A DNA stretch of 64,000 nucleotides from an uncultured Selenomonas sp. (GTDB taxonomy: Bacteria; Bacillota; Negativicutes; Selenomonadales; Selenomonadaceae): contig CACXCN010000043.1 in assembly GCA_902766095.1 (NCBI GenBank), positions 70 to 64,069 on the forward strand. Direction: 5' to 3'. A model generated the notes under the pieces. It searched no databases, was not told the DNA's origin, and saw nothing but the letters and a program-made list of their open reading frames with translations. Positions 27,986 through 38,396 of this stretch are shown piece by piece. The number at the start of each line of letters is the position of its first letter. Within the stretch, counting starts at the first letter, position 1. A program made the translations under genes and the position numbers.

Positions 27986-30004
27986 TCAGACCTGGAACTT
28001 ATCGATGCTGTCCATGAGATCCTGAGCCTGTTTGGCCAGCTCACGGCTCGCGGCAGCGATTTCCTCCGTCGAAGCCGACTGCTCCTCTGTCGTAGCCGAT
28101 ACGGACTGGGTGCGCGAAGCATTATCCGTACTTACCTGAGCGATATTCGTGATCTCCTGCTGCATGGACTGGCTGCCCTGCGCTATGGACTTGATATGGT
28201 CCGAGACCTCCCGGATACCGCCCGACAGCGACTCGATCGTTATGCGTATCGACTCGAACACGGCATCGGCATCCTGCACCGAGCTCATCGTGCCCTTGAC
28301 TTCCTCCGAGCTCTCCTGGCTGGCGGTCACGGCATGCTGCATGTCCTCCTGTATCTTGGTCACGAGCTCAGCGATCTTCTGCGTGGAGTTCGCCGACTCC
28401 TCGGCGAGCTTCCGGACCTCGTCCGCGACGACAGCGAAGCCGCGGCCATGCTCACCAGCACGGGCAGCCTCTATGGCGGCGTTCAGCGCCAGCAGGTTCG
28501 TCTGCTCGGCGATGCCCGATATGATATCGACGATATGGCTGATCTCATCCGACCGCTTGGCCAGCTGGCTGATCGAGGTCTGAACCGTATCAGCAGTATG
28601 ATCGATCTTCTCCATGGCGCTGACGACATCCGTGATGCACTTGCGGCCGTCACCGACACGGTCTACGGTCATCTGTGCCACCGTAGCTATGGCATCAGCA
28701 TTATCCGATACGGACGACGTGCTGGCCGATATCTGCTGCGCCGTCGCACTGGCACTGTTGGCCGAGTCCGACTGCTGCGAGATGCCGCCAGCGATATCGG
28801 TGATCGACGTAGCTACATTGTTCGAGGCCTCAGCCGTCTGATGAGCAGCGGCGGTGAGCTCCTCCGAGGAAGCCGACAGCCGCTGCGCACTATTCTGCAC
28901 ACTGCTGACAAGTTCGCGTATGTTGTGCCGCATTTCTTTGAAGCCGCGGCCAAGGTCGCCGAGCTCATCATTCGTATCGACCGTGATCGGACGTGACCTG
29001 AGATCTCCTTTCATCATGGCCTGGCAGTCGTCGCGCAGTTTGACGACCGGTTCAGCCATCTTCGTTGCAACGATCCAGATGATGATACCGATGACGATGA
29101 TCATGGTGAGGCCGACGCCGCCCATGACATAGATGAGATGGGTCGCATCCGCACGCACCTCAGCCAGCGGGGCAACGGCCACCGCCAGCCAGCGATGATT
29201 GCCAATATGTATCGGCGTCATGACCGCCTGCGAGGGAACACCGCTCGAGGTCGTGTATTCCGTAGAAATCTGCTTATCCTGAGCCATGGCATCCTCATAG
29301 CCCTTGACCAGCGCCTTGTCGATCGTCTTGTTCGAGGTCTCTTTCGAGATATCGAGGTTGCCTACATCCTCCGGCTGCTGGGCGTAGGCCAGTACGATAC
29401 CACTTTCATCAGCGATATAGATATGGCCGGTCTCCATGTATTTCATCTGACCGACGATTTCTGATATGGCATCGAGCTCGATCGTACCGTAGACGATACC
29501 GGTCAGCTCGCCGTTATCGAGTACCGGCATCGCAATGATGGTGATGGCTTTGCCGGAGGTACCGGATACCGACGGTCCCGTCATGAACGGTTTCTTCGTC
29601 TCCCGGACCTTTATGATATACTCGCGCGTCGAGCGGTCCATGTCCTTATCACTATCGCTGAAGGCCTGGCCATTCGGGTCGGAATACGCCAGCATGGCGA
29701 ATTTCGAGCCCTCGGCGTTGTTGTGCGCCTTTATCGTCGCCAGCTCCGCTACCTTGGCGGCCCGGTCGCCATGCTTGATGACTGAGTTATCCGCCAGCCT
29801 GTTCAGCGTGATGAGATTCTGCTGATAATACTTCTCTATGTCTGAAGCTGCTGAATTGCCCATCTGAGCGGCTAGCAGGTCCGCATTACGATACAGGGCC
29901 TGGCTGGACATGTAGTAGCTGATAGCAAAAAATACTATAAAGCTGCCTACAAACAAGGGCAGAAATCCCGCCAGAAACTTTGTTCTCAAACTATTAAGCT
30001 TCAT
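27986..30004 (-). CDS. Methyl-accepting chemotaxis protein with a periplasmic double-Cache-like sensor and HAMP domain
   Basis: Two TM segments flank a ~270-aa sensor. HAMP domain present. Signalling hairpin [36 protein letters not shown] at 30004 lies 9 nt after GAGGAG. Confidence 0.9.
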   Translation of the reverse strand: MKLNSLRTKFLAGFLPLFVGSFIVFFAISYYMSSQALYRNADLLAAQMGNSAASDIEKYYQQNLITLNRLADNSVIKHGDRAAKVAELATIKAHNNAEGSKFAMLAYSDPNGQAFSDSDKDMDRSTREYIIKVRETKKPFMTGPSVSGTSGKAITIIAMPVLDNGELTGIVYGTIELDAISEIVGQMKYMETGHIYIADESGIVLAYAQQPEDVGNLDISKETSNKTIDKALVKGYEDAMAQDKQISTEYTTSSGVPSQAVMTPIHIGNHRWLAVAVAPLAEVRADATHLIYVMGGVGLTMIIVIGIIIWIVATKMAEPVVKLRDDCQAMMKGDLRSRPITVDTNDELGDLGRGFKEMRHNIRELVSSVQNSAQRLSASSEELTAAAHQTAEASNNVATSITDIAGGISQQSDSANSASATAQQISASTSSVSDNADAIATVAQMTVDRVGDGRKCITDVVSAMEKIDHTADTVQTSISQLAKRSDEISHIVDIISGIAEQTNLLALNAAIEAARAGEHGRGFAVVADEVRKLAEESANSTQKIAELVTKIQEDMQHAVTASQESSEEVKGTMSSVQDADAVFESIRITIESLSGGIREVSDHIKSIAQGSQSMQQEITNIAQVSTDNASRTQSVSATTEEQSASTEEIAAASRELAKQAQDLMDSIDKFQV

Positions 30005-30133
30005 CTCGATTTTCTCCTCTACTCTCATCATAAAATCAACCGTATATGATATTTGTTTTCATCAACTACCATATACAATCAAGAAAAGCACCCCATTCCC
30101 CAAATGCGATGCTTTCAAAAGACATGTCTTATT

Positions 30134-30598
30134 TCACTGTTGTTCGACAGCGATGTCAAGCTCGACCGTGTGTCCCCCCAGATCCATGGTCACTGTCAGA
30201 TATTTGTCGTCGCTGATCTTCACCTGGAATCCTTGACCGATCGTCAGCGAAGGCGTGGAGATATCTACCTCCATGCCCAGGCCAGCCAGGTTCGTGGCGG
30301 CATTGGCGGTAAGCATATTGCTCATCTCCGATATGGCTGACTGCGCCATCGCGTCGAATTCATTGACGGGCATGCCCATCATCATCTGCGAGGCAATGAA
30401 TTTCGCGGTTTCCTCGTCCATGTTATAGACGATGTTGCCCCGGATCTGTTTCGTGAAGCCTACAATTACTGCCACTCCCAGGCTGACCGCGTTCTTCTCC
30501 TGCACATTGAGATTGACGCGCTTCGGCTCAGGGAAGCCCATTTGCGGCATGACCGTCGTGAATGCATCCACAAACGGATTCACCAGTTTTGCATCCAT
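30134..30598 (-). CDS. cheX: CheX-type CheY-P phosphatase
   Basis: NPFVDAFTTVMPQMGF...GVAVIVGFTKQIRGNIVYNM...EMSNMLTANAA. ATG at 30598 lies 5 nt after the stop of the upstream gene. Confidence 0.75.
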   Translation of the reverse strand: MDAKLVNPFVDAFTTVMPQMGFPEPKRVNLNVQEKNAVSLGVAVIVGFTKQIRGNIVYNMDEETAKFIASQMMMGMPVNEFDAMAQSAISEMSNMLTANAATNLAGLGMEVDISTPSLTIGQGFQVKISDDKYLTVTMDLGGHTVELDIAVEQQ

Positions 30599-30602
30599 AA
30601 CG

Positions 30603-31469
30603 TCACTCCCCTTCCGCAAACCCTATACTTAGCTCCACGTTGCCGATCCTGGTCTTCGCCACGATACGGAATGTTGTCAGTTTCGGGCTCGTAATGCGTA
30701 TGTTCGTGCCGTAGATCGTGCCCGGCGGCGTGATACGCATCTCTTTATCCTTGAATACGTCGTTTATGTTCGATACACCTCGTCCTACAATTATGTTCGC
30801 TGATTCTTCTACGGCGTCGGAGGCCTCGTCATCACTGACATCGGATGGATCATCCTTGTCAAGTATGATTGCCGAGAACCGACGCATCGTATCGCTGTCC
30901 ATCGAGACGATGGCTCTGCCCACGGGGAAGCCCGTCAGACCAACGATGACAGCCACACCGCTGATATCTATGAAATGACGCTCATCGACCTCGAGCGATA
31001 CCTCGCTGTGCACGCCGACGAGTCCGAACAGTCCCTGCTGCAGGGCGCGGGCAAACGGCTTCGCATAAGATTCGCGCAGCACAGCGATCTTGCCGGCCTG
31101 CGGCTGGCAGAGTATCATCAGCGTATCGATGAGGTCATTCGTGCTGACTGGTTTCTGCAAGAACGCACTTATACCAGCCCGTCGGCCTTCGGCCACGAGA
31201 CTGGCATCCTTCATCGCGCTGATCATGATGATATGGGCATCCGGATCTATGGCGTGTATGCGCCTGCTGCACTCTATACCATCAGCATCCGGCAGATTCA
31301 TATCCATGGTGACGACAGCGGGTCGCACCTTATCATAAAGCTCGACGGCCTCCGCCGCATTCTTGGCCTGGGCACAGACTACGAAATTCGTCTTCGCCAG
31401 CGAGTCCTCCAGCATCGCCCTGCTGATTCTTGAATCATCGACAACCATGACTTTTACTTTTTCCACCAA
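30603..31469 (-). CDS. Response-regulator receiver domain fused to a CheX/CheC-like domain
   Basis: REC: VMVVDDSRISR...DMNLPDADG...ISAMKD...FLQKP. C-terminal: GVAVIVGLTGFPVGRAIVSM...ESANIIVGRG. The start is ambiguous (TTG 31469, GTG 31466 or ATG 31448). Confidence 0.8.
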   Translation of the reverse strand: MVEKVKVMVVDDSRISRAMLEDSLAKTNFVVCAQAKNAAEAVELYDKVRPAVVTMDMNLPDADGIECSRRIHAIDPDAHIIMISAMKDASLVAEGRRAGISAFLQKPVSTNDLIDTLMILCQPQAGKIAVLRESYAKPFARALQQGLFGLVGVHSEVSLEVDERHFIDISGVAVIVGLTGFPVGRAIVSMDSDTMRRFSAIILDKDDPSDVSDDEASDAVEESANIIVGRGVSNINDVFKDKEMRITPPGTIYGTNIRITSPKLTTFRIVAKTRIGNVELSIGFAEGE

Positions 31470-31665
31470 AGCTCACCTGCTCTCCTTGGATTTTTGTGAT
31501 TTTATTTTACGATCCGACCAGTACCTTAGTCTTATTATTAGAATATTTCGCTCCCACGTGCGAAAATTCCTGCCACACTTGTTTAATAAAATATATTCAC
31601 GGTTATCCATTCTGTCTATCCATCATCAGTCATCCGCACTGACGACTGACAGACAGCTCCACAGC

Positions 31666-32307
31666 TCAGTTGCCCTGCGTCTGTGTCTGCCCCTGGGTCT
31701 GATCCTGTCCCTGCAGGTCGGCCGCCGTCGTCGCGCTGCGCTGTGTGCCCTGATAGATGAGCTGCGTCAGGCGTGCGGCCTTGCTCGGATCGAACTGGGC
31801 CAGGACTTTCGAGGCCTGACGTTCCTCCATGCGCTGCAGGATGGCGACGCAGAGATCGTCATCGAGCGCATCCATGTCAGCCGCCGCATCGGCCGGCTTC
31901 ATACCGCCATAGAGACGCGCCAGCTTCGAGACGCGCTTGCGCTCTTCTTTCTGACGTTCCTGCATCTGCTTCTCGATTTCCTTTTTGGAAAGCGTGACTT
32001 TCTTCTGCTGCTTGTCTTTATCAGGATCAGCCGTCGGCTTCACGTCTTCGACCGGCTCGTTGCTCATATCACTCGTGGTAGGAGCCGGCTTCACGAAATA
32101 TTGGCCTATGATTGGCAGATTGTAAAGCCCCAGCTTCTCATTCGCCTGCTGGGTGTCGAATATGCGCAGGTATATCCCCAGAGCGAAGCCGCCGACTATC
32201 AGTACCAGCAGCACGATGAGCATGAGCAGGCCCTTCAGGATGCGCTTGCCCTTTCCCTTTTTCTTTGGCTCTGTTTCCGCCTGCTTCTTGCGTTTCAAAA
32301 GCGCCAT
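31666..32307 (-). CDS. YlxF/MotE-like flagellar protein (N-terminal TM segment plus MgtE_N-like domain)
   Basis: KPADAAADMDALDDDLCVAILQRMEERQASKVLAQFDPSKAARL. Its position after fliJ matches ylxF in the Bacillus fla/che operon. Confidence 0.6.
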   Translation of the reverse strand: MALLKRKKQAETEPKKKGKGKRILKGLLMLIVLLVLIVGGFALGIYLRIFDTQQANEKLGLYNLPIIGQYFVKPAPTTSDMSNEPVEDVKPTADPDKDKQQKKVTLSKKEIEKQMQERQKEERKRVSKLARLYGGMKPADAAADMDALDDDLCVAILQRMEERQASKVLAQFDPSKAARLTQLIYQGTQRSATTAADLQGQDQTQGQTQTQGN

Positions 32308-32328
32308 ATTACTACCTGCCTCCGTGTA

Positions 32329-33021
32329 TCATCGGTAGAGATCCAGTACCTTGTCAACATAGTTCTGCGTCTCGCTGTACGGCGGGACGCCGCCGTATTC
32401 CTTGACCGCCTGCGGTCCGGCATTATAGGCTGCCACCGCCTTGCGGACATCGCCGCCGAATTCATCGAGCATCTGGCGGATATATTTCGCGCCGCCCTCG
32501 ATGTTCTGCTGCTCGTCGTAGGGATTGACGCCAAGTCCCGCAGCTGTATCCGGCATGAGCTGCATGACGCCGATGGCACCAGCCGGCGATACGGCTGACT
32601 GATTGCCGCCTGACTCGACCTCGGCGATAGCCGAGAGCAGTTTCGGGCTGACGTTGTACTTGGCAGCGGCCTGGCCGATCATGCCGGCCAGCGTCGGATT
32701 GGCAAGCTCGCCGCCGGTGGCCCGCCCGGCTGCATAGGCAGAGCTGGCCTGGCTGCCTGTCGTGTAATGGTAGTTCCCACGGGCTGCCCCGAGCGCATCC
32801 GGATCATTGACGCCGGTGCCCGGCAGGCCGACCGTGTTATTGCCAAAGGTCTCCGGAGCCTGATGTACGGGCTGCGTCTCCTCGCTCTGCTTCATCTTCT
32901 TATTGAGCGTGCTCTGGAAATCTGCCCCCGGCACGCCGCCCTTTATGCCGAACCGCTCCTGCAGGGCGGCGATCCGCGCCTGTATGCTGCGTATCTCAGG
33001 TATATCGATCAATGCACTCAT
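32329..33021 (-). CDS. Lytic transglycosylase (SLT domain) encoded inside the flagellar operon
   Basis: LLSAIAEVESGGNQSAVSPAGAIGVMQLMPDTA...AYNAGP. Its start overlaps the fliJ stop (ATGA). Confidence 0.85.
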   Translation of the reverse strand: MSALIDIPEIRSIQARIAALQERFGIKGGVPGADFQSTLNKKMKQSEETQPVHQAPETFGNNTVGLPGTGVNDPDALGAARGNYHYTTGSQASSAYAAGRATGGELANPTLAGMIGQAAAKYNVSPKLLSAIAEVESGGNQSAVSPAGAIGVMQLMPDTAAGLGVNPYDEQQNIEGGAKYIRQMLDEFGGDVRKAVAAYNAGPQAVKEYGGVPPYSETQNYVDKVLDLYR

Positions 33022-33479
33022 ATGACTGCCTCTTTCCTGCGCATCGTCAGCTGCAGGCCGATCTCATCGAGCATCTTCTGCTCTTCATGCAAGGCCTCCG
33101 CTTTGTATTCCTGCAGCTTCTTTTCTTTCAGCTGTTCTATGCTCTTCAAATACCGCATGACGTCCATGAGTTCGCGCAGCCGTTTCTGCCGCTCGCCCTT
33201 CGTCTGCAGGATGAGCTGATTCTGCATATCGATCTGCTCACGCTTCCAGGCGAAAAAGGAGTTGTACGCCATGAGGCGCCCGACGGTGACACGTGTCCCC
33301 TCGGTCGACAGGGATTCATATTCGCGCTGCCCGGCCTGCATCTCTGACAGTAAGAGGTCGAGATGAGCGCGCTGGTCCTCGAGCTTGCGCGAAACCTCGG
33401 CGAATTTCACCTCGGCATCCTCGCGCTTCATGCGCGTGACCTTGAGTAATGTCTCGAGCTGGAACTTGAATTTCTTCAT
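33018..33479 (-). CDS. fliJ: Flagellar export chaperone FliJ
   Basis: About 150-aa coiled coil, KFKFQLETLLKVTRMKREDAE..., located directly after fliI. Confidence 0.8.
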   Translation of the reverse strand: MKKFKFQLETLLKVTRMKREDAEVKFAEVSRKLEDQRAHLDLLLSEMQAGQREYESLSTEGTRVTVGRLMAYNSFFAWKREQIDMQNQLILQTKGERQKRLRELMDVMRYLKSIEQLKEKKLQEYKAEALHEEQKMLDEIGLQLTMRRKEAVI

Positions 33480-33501
33480 CACTGATCACCTGGACTACGA
33501 A

Positions 33502-34857
33502 TCAGCTGCCGGCTATGCTCAGGAGCTTTTTCTCCGTGTCCTCGTAGGAGTCGACCTCGAATATGCCCTGGCACAGGAACTCGTTGATCTTGTCGATCTT
33601 CGCGATGGCTTCATCGATCTTGGCGCTGGAGCCTTTCACATAGGCGCCGATATGGATGAGGTCCTCGGCGTCACGGTATACGGCGAGCAGCTGACGCATA
33701 TTGCGCGCTGCCGCATTGTGCTCATCCGATACGACATCGTTCATGACACGGCTCACGCTCGTCATGATGTCGATGGCCGGGAAATGGTTCTGCGCGGCTA
33801 TGCTGCGCGACAGGACGATATGGCCGTCGAGGATCGAGCGCACGGCATCCGCGATCGGCTCATTCATATCATCGCCGTCGACGAGTACCGTGTAGATGCC
33901 CGTGATGGAGCCGTTCTCGCTCGTACCGGCACGCTCGAGCAGGCGCGGCAGCATGGCGAAGACCGACGGCGTATAGCCGCGCGTAGCCGGCGGCTCGCCG
34001 ATGGTCAGGCCGACCTCGCGCTGGGCCATCGCGAAACGCGTGACCGAGTCCATCATGAGGATGACCTTGTGGCCCTGATCGCGGAAGTACTCCGCGATCG
34101 CCGTTGCCGTCATGGCGCCCTTTATGCGCACGAGGGCGGGCTTGTCCGATGTCGCGACGACGACGACGGAGCGCTTCAGACCCTCCTCGCCGAGGTCGCG
34201 CTCGATGAAGTCACGCACCTCGCGGCCACGCTCGCCGACGAGCGCGATGACGCTGATATCTGCCTCCGTATTGCGCGCGATCATGGAGAGCAGCGTCGAT
34301 TTGCCGACGCCGGATCCGGCCATGATGCCGATACGCTGGCCCTCGCCCATCGTGATGAGGCCATCGATGGCCCGCACCCCGACATAGAGGCTGTCATGGA
34401 TGCGCGGACGCTTCAGCGGGTCGGGCGGCGGCGCCTGCAGCGGATACTCCGTCTTCGACAGGATCGGCCCCTTGCCGTCCATCGGATTGCCCAGGCCATC
34501 GACGACACGTCCCAGCAGCTCATCGCCGACCTTGACCGACAGCGTGTGCTGAGCCGATACGACCTCGCAGCCCGGACCGATGCCCTGCATCTCGCCAATC
34601 GGCATGAGCATGACATAGCCCTCGCGGAAGCCGACGACTTCGGCCGGCAATGGCGGCACATCGGGATCATGGGAGCTGACATAACAGAGCTCACCGATAC
34701 TCACAGTCGGGCCCTGCGACTCTATGACCAGCCCTATGACCTGTGTGACCTTACCGGTGAGCTTTACCGAGATGCAGTCCTCCACCGCGTCGGTGAATTT
34801 ATCGATGTTCAGTTTGAATGTGCCATCCGGCTTATAGCAATCCTGCCATCTTTCCAA
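33502..34857 (-). CDS. fliI: Flagellum-specific ATPase FliI
   Basis: Walker A AGSGVGKSTLL; Walker B VILMMDSVTR. TTG start. Confidence 0.95.
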   Translation of the reverse strand: MERWQDCYKPDGTFKLNIDKFTDAVEDCISVKLTGKVTQVIGLVIESQGPTVSIGELCYVSSHDPDVPPLPAEVVGFREGYVMLMPIGEMQGIGPGCEVVSAQHTLSVKVGDELLGRVVDGLGNPMDGKGPILSKTEYPLQAPPPDPLKRPRIHDSLYVGVRAIDGLITMGEGQRIGIMAGSGVGKSTLLSMIARNTEADISVIALVGERGREVRDFIERDLGEEGLKRSVVVVATSDKPALVRIKGAMTATAIAEYFRDQGHKVILMMDSVTRFAMAQREVGLTIGEPPATRGYTPSVFAMLPRLLERAGTSENGSITGIYTVLVDGDDMNEPIADAVRSILDGHIVLSRSIAAQNHFPAIDIMTSVSRVMNDVVSDEHNAAARNMRQLLAVYRDAEDLIHIGAYVKGSSAKIDEAIAKIDKINEFLCQGIFEVDSYEDTEKKLLSIAGS

Positions 34858-34888
34858 ATTCTCTCACCCCGCGCCTGTTCCCATTTCC

Positions 34889-35713
34889 TCAGATCATGAC
34901 CTTTTCCACGGCTTGCTTGATGAGCTCGAGCTGTGTAGCGAGACGGGCATCGACACTGCCGTTCGGCGTCTCGATGACGCAGTCGCCGGGATGGAGACTG
35001 TCATCCGACTGCACCTCGAGCGTCGATGTGCTGCCCTCGAGCAGCCCGCGCAGCTCGTCGCGCGCCATGAGTATCATATCATAGTAGTCCGGCGCGACAT
35101 GTACGATGATGCGCTGCTGATCCTTCACCTTCAATATGGCCTCGCGCACGACCGGCAACATGACCTGAGGTACATCGATGAAATGCTGCGGCAGGACTTT
35201 TTCTATGACCGCCATGCAGATATGGACGATGTCCTGCTCCGCCTGCTCGACATAGTCGCGCTTGGCCGCCTCGGCATCACGCAGTGTCTTCTCGGCCTTG
35301 GCATTGCCCTGGCGGATGGTCTCGGCCATCTCGTCGCGGACCTTCTGTTCGCCCGCTTCCTGGCCTTCCTTCATGCCTTGGGCATAGCCTTCGTCATGGC
35401 CTTCTTTTATGGCATCTTCACGGGCCGCTGCTGCGGCCTCCTGCCCCTCAGCTATGATGCGGTCCTTCTCGCTCTGCGCTTCGGTCTTCATGATTTCAGC
35501 CTGTATCCTGGCATCCTTCAGCAGCTGGTCGGCCCGCTGCTCGCGCTGGGCGATTGATTCCATTAGTTCTTTTATATGCAGATCCTGTGCGCGCTGTCCT
35601 TCATCCGTGGTGTCCGTTCCCTCACCCTGACCAGCAGTGACGAACAGCTTCCTTTCCGGAGCCTTGATGACATGCGGTTTCTCTGACAGGACTGCGCGTA
35701 TGACATTAGACAA
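34889..35713 (-). CDS. fliH: Flagellar assembly protein FliH
   Basis: Charged coiled N-terminal half plus a FliH/V-ATPase-E-like C-terminal domain. Lies between fliG and fliI. Confidence 0.8.
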   Translation of the reverse strand: MSNVIRAVLSEKPHVIKAPERKLFVTAGQGEGTDTTDEGQRAQDLHIKELMESIAQREQRADQLLKDARIQAEIMKTEAQSEKDRIIAEGQEAAAAAREDAIKEGHDEGYAQGMKEGQEAGEQKVRDEMAETIRQGNAKAEKTLRDAEAAKRDYVEQAEQDIVHICMAVIEKVLPQHFIDVPQVMLPVVREAILKVKDQQRIIVHVAPDYYDMILMARDELRGLLEGSTSTLEVQSDDSLHPGDCVIETPNGSVDARLATQLELIKQAVEKVMI

Positions 35714-36734
35714 TCATCTCGTCTCCTCCGCCACGCGCCACAACGATCTCGCCCTTGTCCTCCTTCTCGCGGATGACATTGACGACCTTCTGCTGAGCCT
35801 CTTCGACATCATGCAGCTTCACCGGGCCCATGTACTCGATCTCCTCACGCAGCATATCGCCAGCGCGCTTCGACATATTCTTGTAGATCTTGTTGGCCAC
35901 TTCGTCTTTCGTGGCTTTGAGAGCCAGCGACAGGTCCTTCGTATCGACATCGCGCAGCACGATCTGCACGGCCCGGTCGTCGAGATTGACGATATCCTCG
36001 AACACGAACATGAGCCGCTTGATATCCTCGGCCAGCTCGGGATCGTCGACCTCGAGCGTATCGATGATAGATTTTTCCGTCGAGCGGTCCACATGATTCA
36101 GGACATCGACGATGGACTTTACGCCCCCCGCCGTCGTGAAATCCTGTGTGACGAGTGCCGAGAGCTTGCGCTCGAGTACGCGCTCCACCTCGCGGATGAC
36201 CTCCGGCGAGGTGCGGTCCATCGTCGCAATGCGCTTAGCGACATCGGCCTGGGCATCCGGCGGCAGGGACGCGAGAACGGTCGCCGCCTGCTCCGGCTCG
36301 AGATAAGCCATGATGAGCGCTATGGTCTGCGGATGCTCGTTCTGGATGAAGTTCAGCAGCTGCGACGGATCGGTCTTGCGCAGGAAATCGAACGGACGTA
36401 CCTGCAGACTCGTTGTCAGGCGGTTCAAGATGTCCATAGCCTTCTCGGCACCGAGCGCCTTCTCGAGCACGCTCTGCGCATACTCGAGACCGCCGGACGA
36501 GATATAATCCTTGGCCATCGCCATCTGATAGAACTCGCTGATGACGGCTGCCTTCTGCTCCGGTGCCACCTGCTTATGATTAGCGATCTCGAGCGTGATG
36601 CGCTCGATCTCATCGTCATCGAGATGCTGGAATATCTTGGCCGAGTACTCCGGCCCCAGCGCGATAAGCAATATAGCGGCTTTTTCCGTATTTGTCAGTT
36701 CCCCGTCATCGGGTTCGCCATACATATCTGCCAT
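35706..36734 (-). CDS. fliG: Flagellar motor switch protein FliG
   Basis: EKAAILLIALGPEYSAKIF...LMFVFEDIVNLDDR... Confidence 0.95.
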   Translation of the reverse strand: MADMYGEPDDGELTNTEKAAILLIALGPEYSAKIFQHLDDDEIERITLEIANHKQVAPEQKAAVISEFYQMAMAKDYISSGGLEYAQSVLEKALGAEKAMDILNRLTTSLQVRPFDFLRKTDPSQLLNFIQNEHPQTIALIMAYLEPEQAATVLASLPPDAQADVAKRIATMDRTSPEVIREVERVLERKLSALVTQDFTTAGGVKSIVDVLNHVDRSTEKSIIDTLEVDDPELAEDIKRLMFVFEDIVNLDDRAVQIVLRDVDTKDLSLALKATKDEVANKIYKNMSKRAGDMLREEIEYMGPVKLHDVEEAQQKVVNVIREKEDKGEIVVARGGGDEMIV

Positions 36735-36738
36735 TTTC

Positions 36739-38352
36739 TTACTCTTCCTCCGCTATCCAGGTCTTGATGAGCATAGCCATCTCGGCCGGCTTGGACTCTA
36801 TGAGCTCCTGCAGAGCCTGCTTCTCGCTGAGCTGGCGCTGCTCCTCCTCGGAGAGCTCGCTCTCGTCCACTTCTCCTGCTGCCACGGCTGCTGCACGCTC
36901 CTCTTCGCTGCGACGCTGGCGCTCCTCGAGTGCTTCCTGTTCCAGACGAGCCTGCTCCTCGAGTGCGGCCTGCTCCTCCTCACGCTGCTTCTTGCGGCGG
37001 CGTATGACATAGACGACCAGCGCGATGATCAGCAGCAGTATGAGGCCGATGATGCCATAAATCATATTCTGGCGGCTTTTGGCGGCCTGCTCCTCCGCGG
37101 CGCGGCGATCAGCCAGCTCTGTGCTGAACGGCAGCGGCTCGACGGATATCGTATCGCCGCGGTCTGTATTGATGCCCGCGGCGCTCGATATGCTGCGCAT
37201 GATGCTGTCCTGCTGCGTGGCATTGATATCGTCATTGACGAGCACGGCCACGTTCAGGCGCTTGATCGAGCCCGGAGCCGCTACGATCTTCTCTTTTTCC
37301 TCGTTGATCTCATAGTTGCGCGTCGACTCGTTCTTCTCATAGTTGGCATTGGCATTGCCGTTCTGAGCCACATAGCCCGGCACATTCGACTGCACGCCGG
37401 CAGCGCCGCCCGGCTGGGTGGATGTACCGTTGTACGTCTCATTGATGTCCTGCTGGCTGCGTATGATGCCCGAGTCATCGACGACCGGGGTAAATGTCTG
37501 CCGGTCCGTCTGATGATCATCGAAGTCGAGCTCGACAGCTACGCGTGCGTACGCCCGTCCCTCTCCGAGCGACTGATCCAGCAGCGTCTGGATGTTCTTC
37601 TGGATGTTATCCTGGACTTTCTTCGTCATTTCGAGCTGCGTCAGCGTCTTGTTGCTGACGTTCTGCTCGTCCTGCTCATCCGGGTCGTTCAGTATCTTGC
37701 CCGTATCATCCACTATGGTGATATTTTCCGGAGTCAGCCCCTGTACGGAATGGGCTACGAGGTTCACGATACCCTTGATTTCCTTCTTCGTGAGGCCCTG
37801 CCCCGGCTCGACATTGTCCTTCAGATGAAGCATGATCGATGCGGTAGCCGGCTTCTCATTCTTCTTGTACAGGCTGTCCTCAGGCAGGACGATATGGACG
37901 CGGGCCTTTTCGACCGCATCGATCTGCTCGATGGTGCGGGTCAGCTCGCCCTGCAGAGCCTGCAGGTAGTTGACCTTGTTCTGGAATTCCGTAACGCCCA
38001 GCTTGCTATCATCGAATATCTCAAAGCCCTTTTCGCCGCGCGGCAATCCGGCCACGGCCAGGCTCAGGCGCTCATCGTGCACCTTGGCGGACGGCACATA
38101 GATCGTCGTGCCATCCTTGCCCTCTTCAACCTTGTATTCGATCTTATCCTCTTTGAGCTTGGCCGCTACGGCTCCGGCGTCCTTCGTCTCGAGCTTCGTA
38201 TAGAGCGGCACCATATCAGGCTTGCTGCCGTACCATACACTGACGCCTATGATAGCTATGAGGATAGCCAAAGCGGAGCCCAGCATGATATAACGCTGGC
38301 GCTTGGAGAATCTCTCCCACAATTTCTTGTACCGCTCTTTCCAATCTGCCAT
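36739..38352 (-). CDS. fliF: Flagellar MS-ring protein FliF
   Basis: 537 aa with N- and C-terminal TM segments and the YscJ/FliF ring motif LSLAVAGLPRGEKGFE. Confidence 0.95.
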   Translation of the reverse strand: MADWKERYKKLWERFSKRQRYIMLGSALAILIAIIGVSVWYGSKPDMVPLYTKLETKDAGAVAAKLKEDKIEYKVEEGKDGTTIYVPSAKVHDERLSLAVAGLPRGEKGFEIFDDSKLGVTEFQNKVNYLQALQGELTRTIEQIDAVEKARVHIVLPEDSLYKKNEKPATASIMLHLKDNVEPGQGLTKKEIKGIVNLVAHSVQGLTPENITIVDDTGKILNDPDEQDEQNVSNKTLTQLEMTKKVQDNIQKNIQTLLDQSLGEGRAYARVAVELDFDDHQTDRQTFTPVVDDSGIIRSQQDINETYNGTSTQPGGAAGVQSNVPGYVAQNGNANANYEKNESTRNYEINEEKEKIVAAPGSIKRLNVAVLVNDDINATQQDSIMRSISSAAGINTDRGDTISVEPLPFSTELADRRAAEEQAAKSRQNMIYGIIGLILLLIIALVVYVIRRRKKQREEEQAALEEQARLEQEALEERQRRSEEERAAAVAAGEVDESELSEEEQRQLSEKQALQELIESKPAEMAMLIKTWIAEEE

Positions 38353-38396
38353 GGTCTCAATCCCTTCACATCGTGAGTATCAGTTGAAGATTTACC

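Noticed and set aside
30005-30133. Sigma-28 (FliA) promoters upstream of the MCP gene and, at 31470-31665, upstream of the REC-CheX gene
   Set aside because: No match to TAAA-N15-GCCGATAA that I would defend. The nearest resemblances differ at several core positions.
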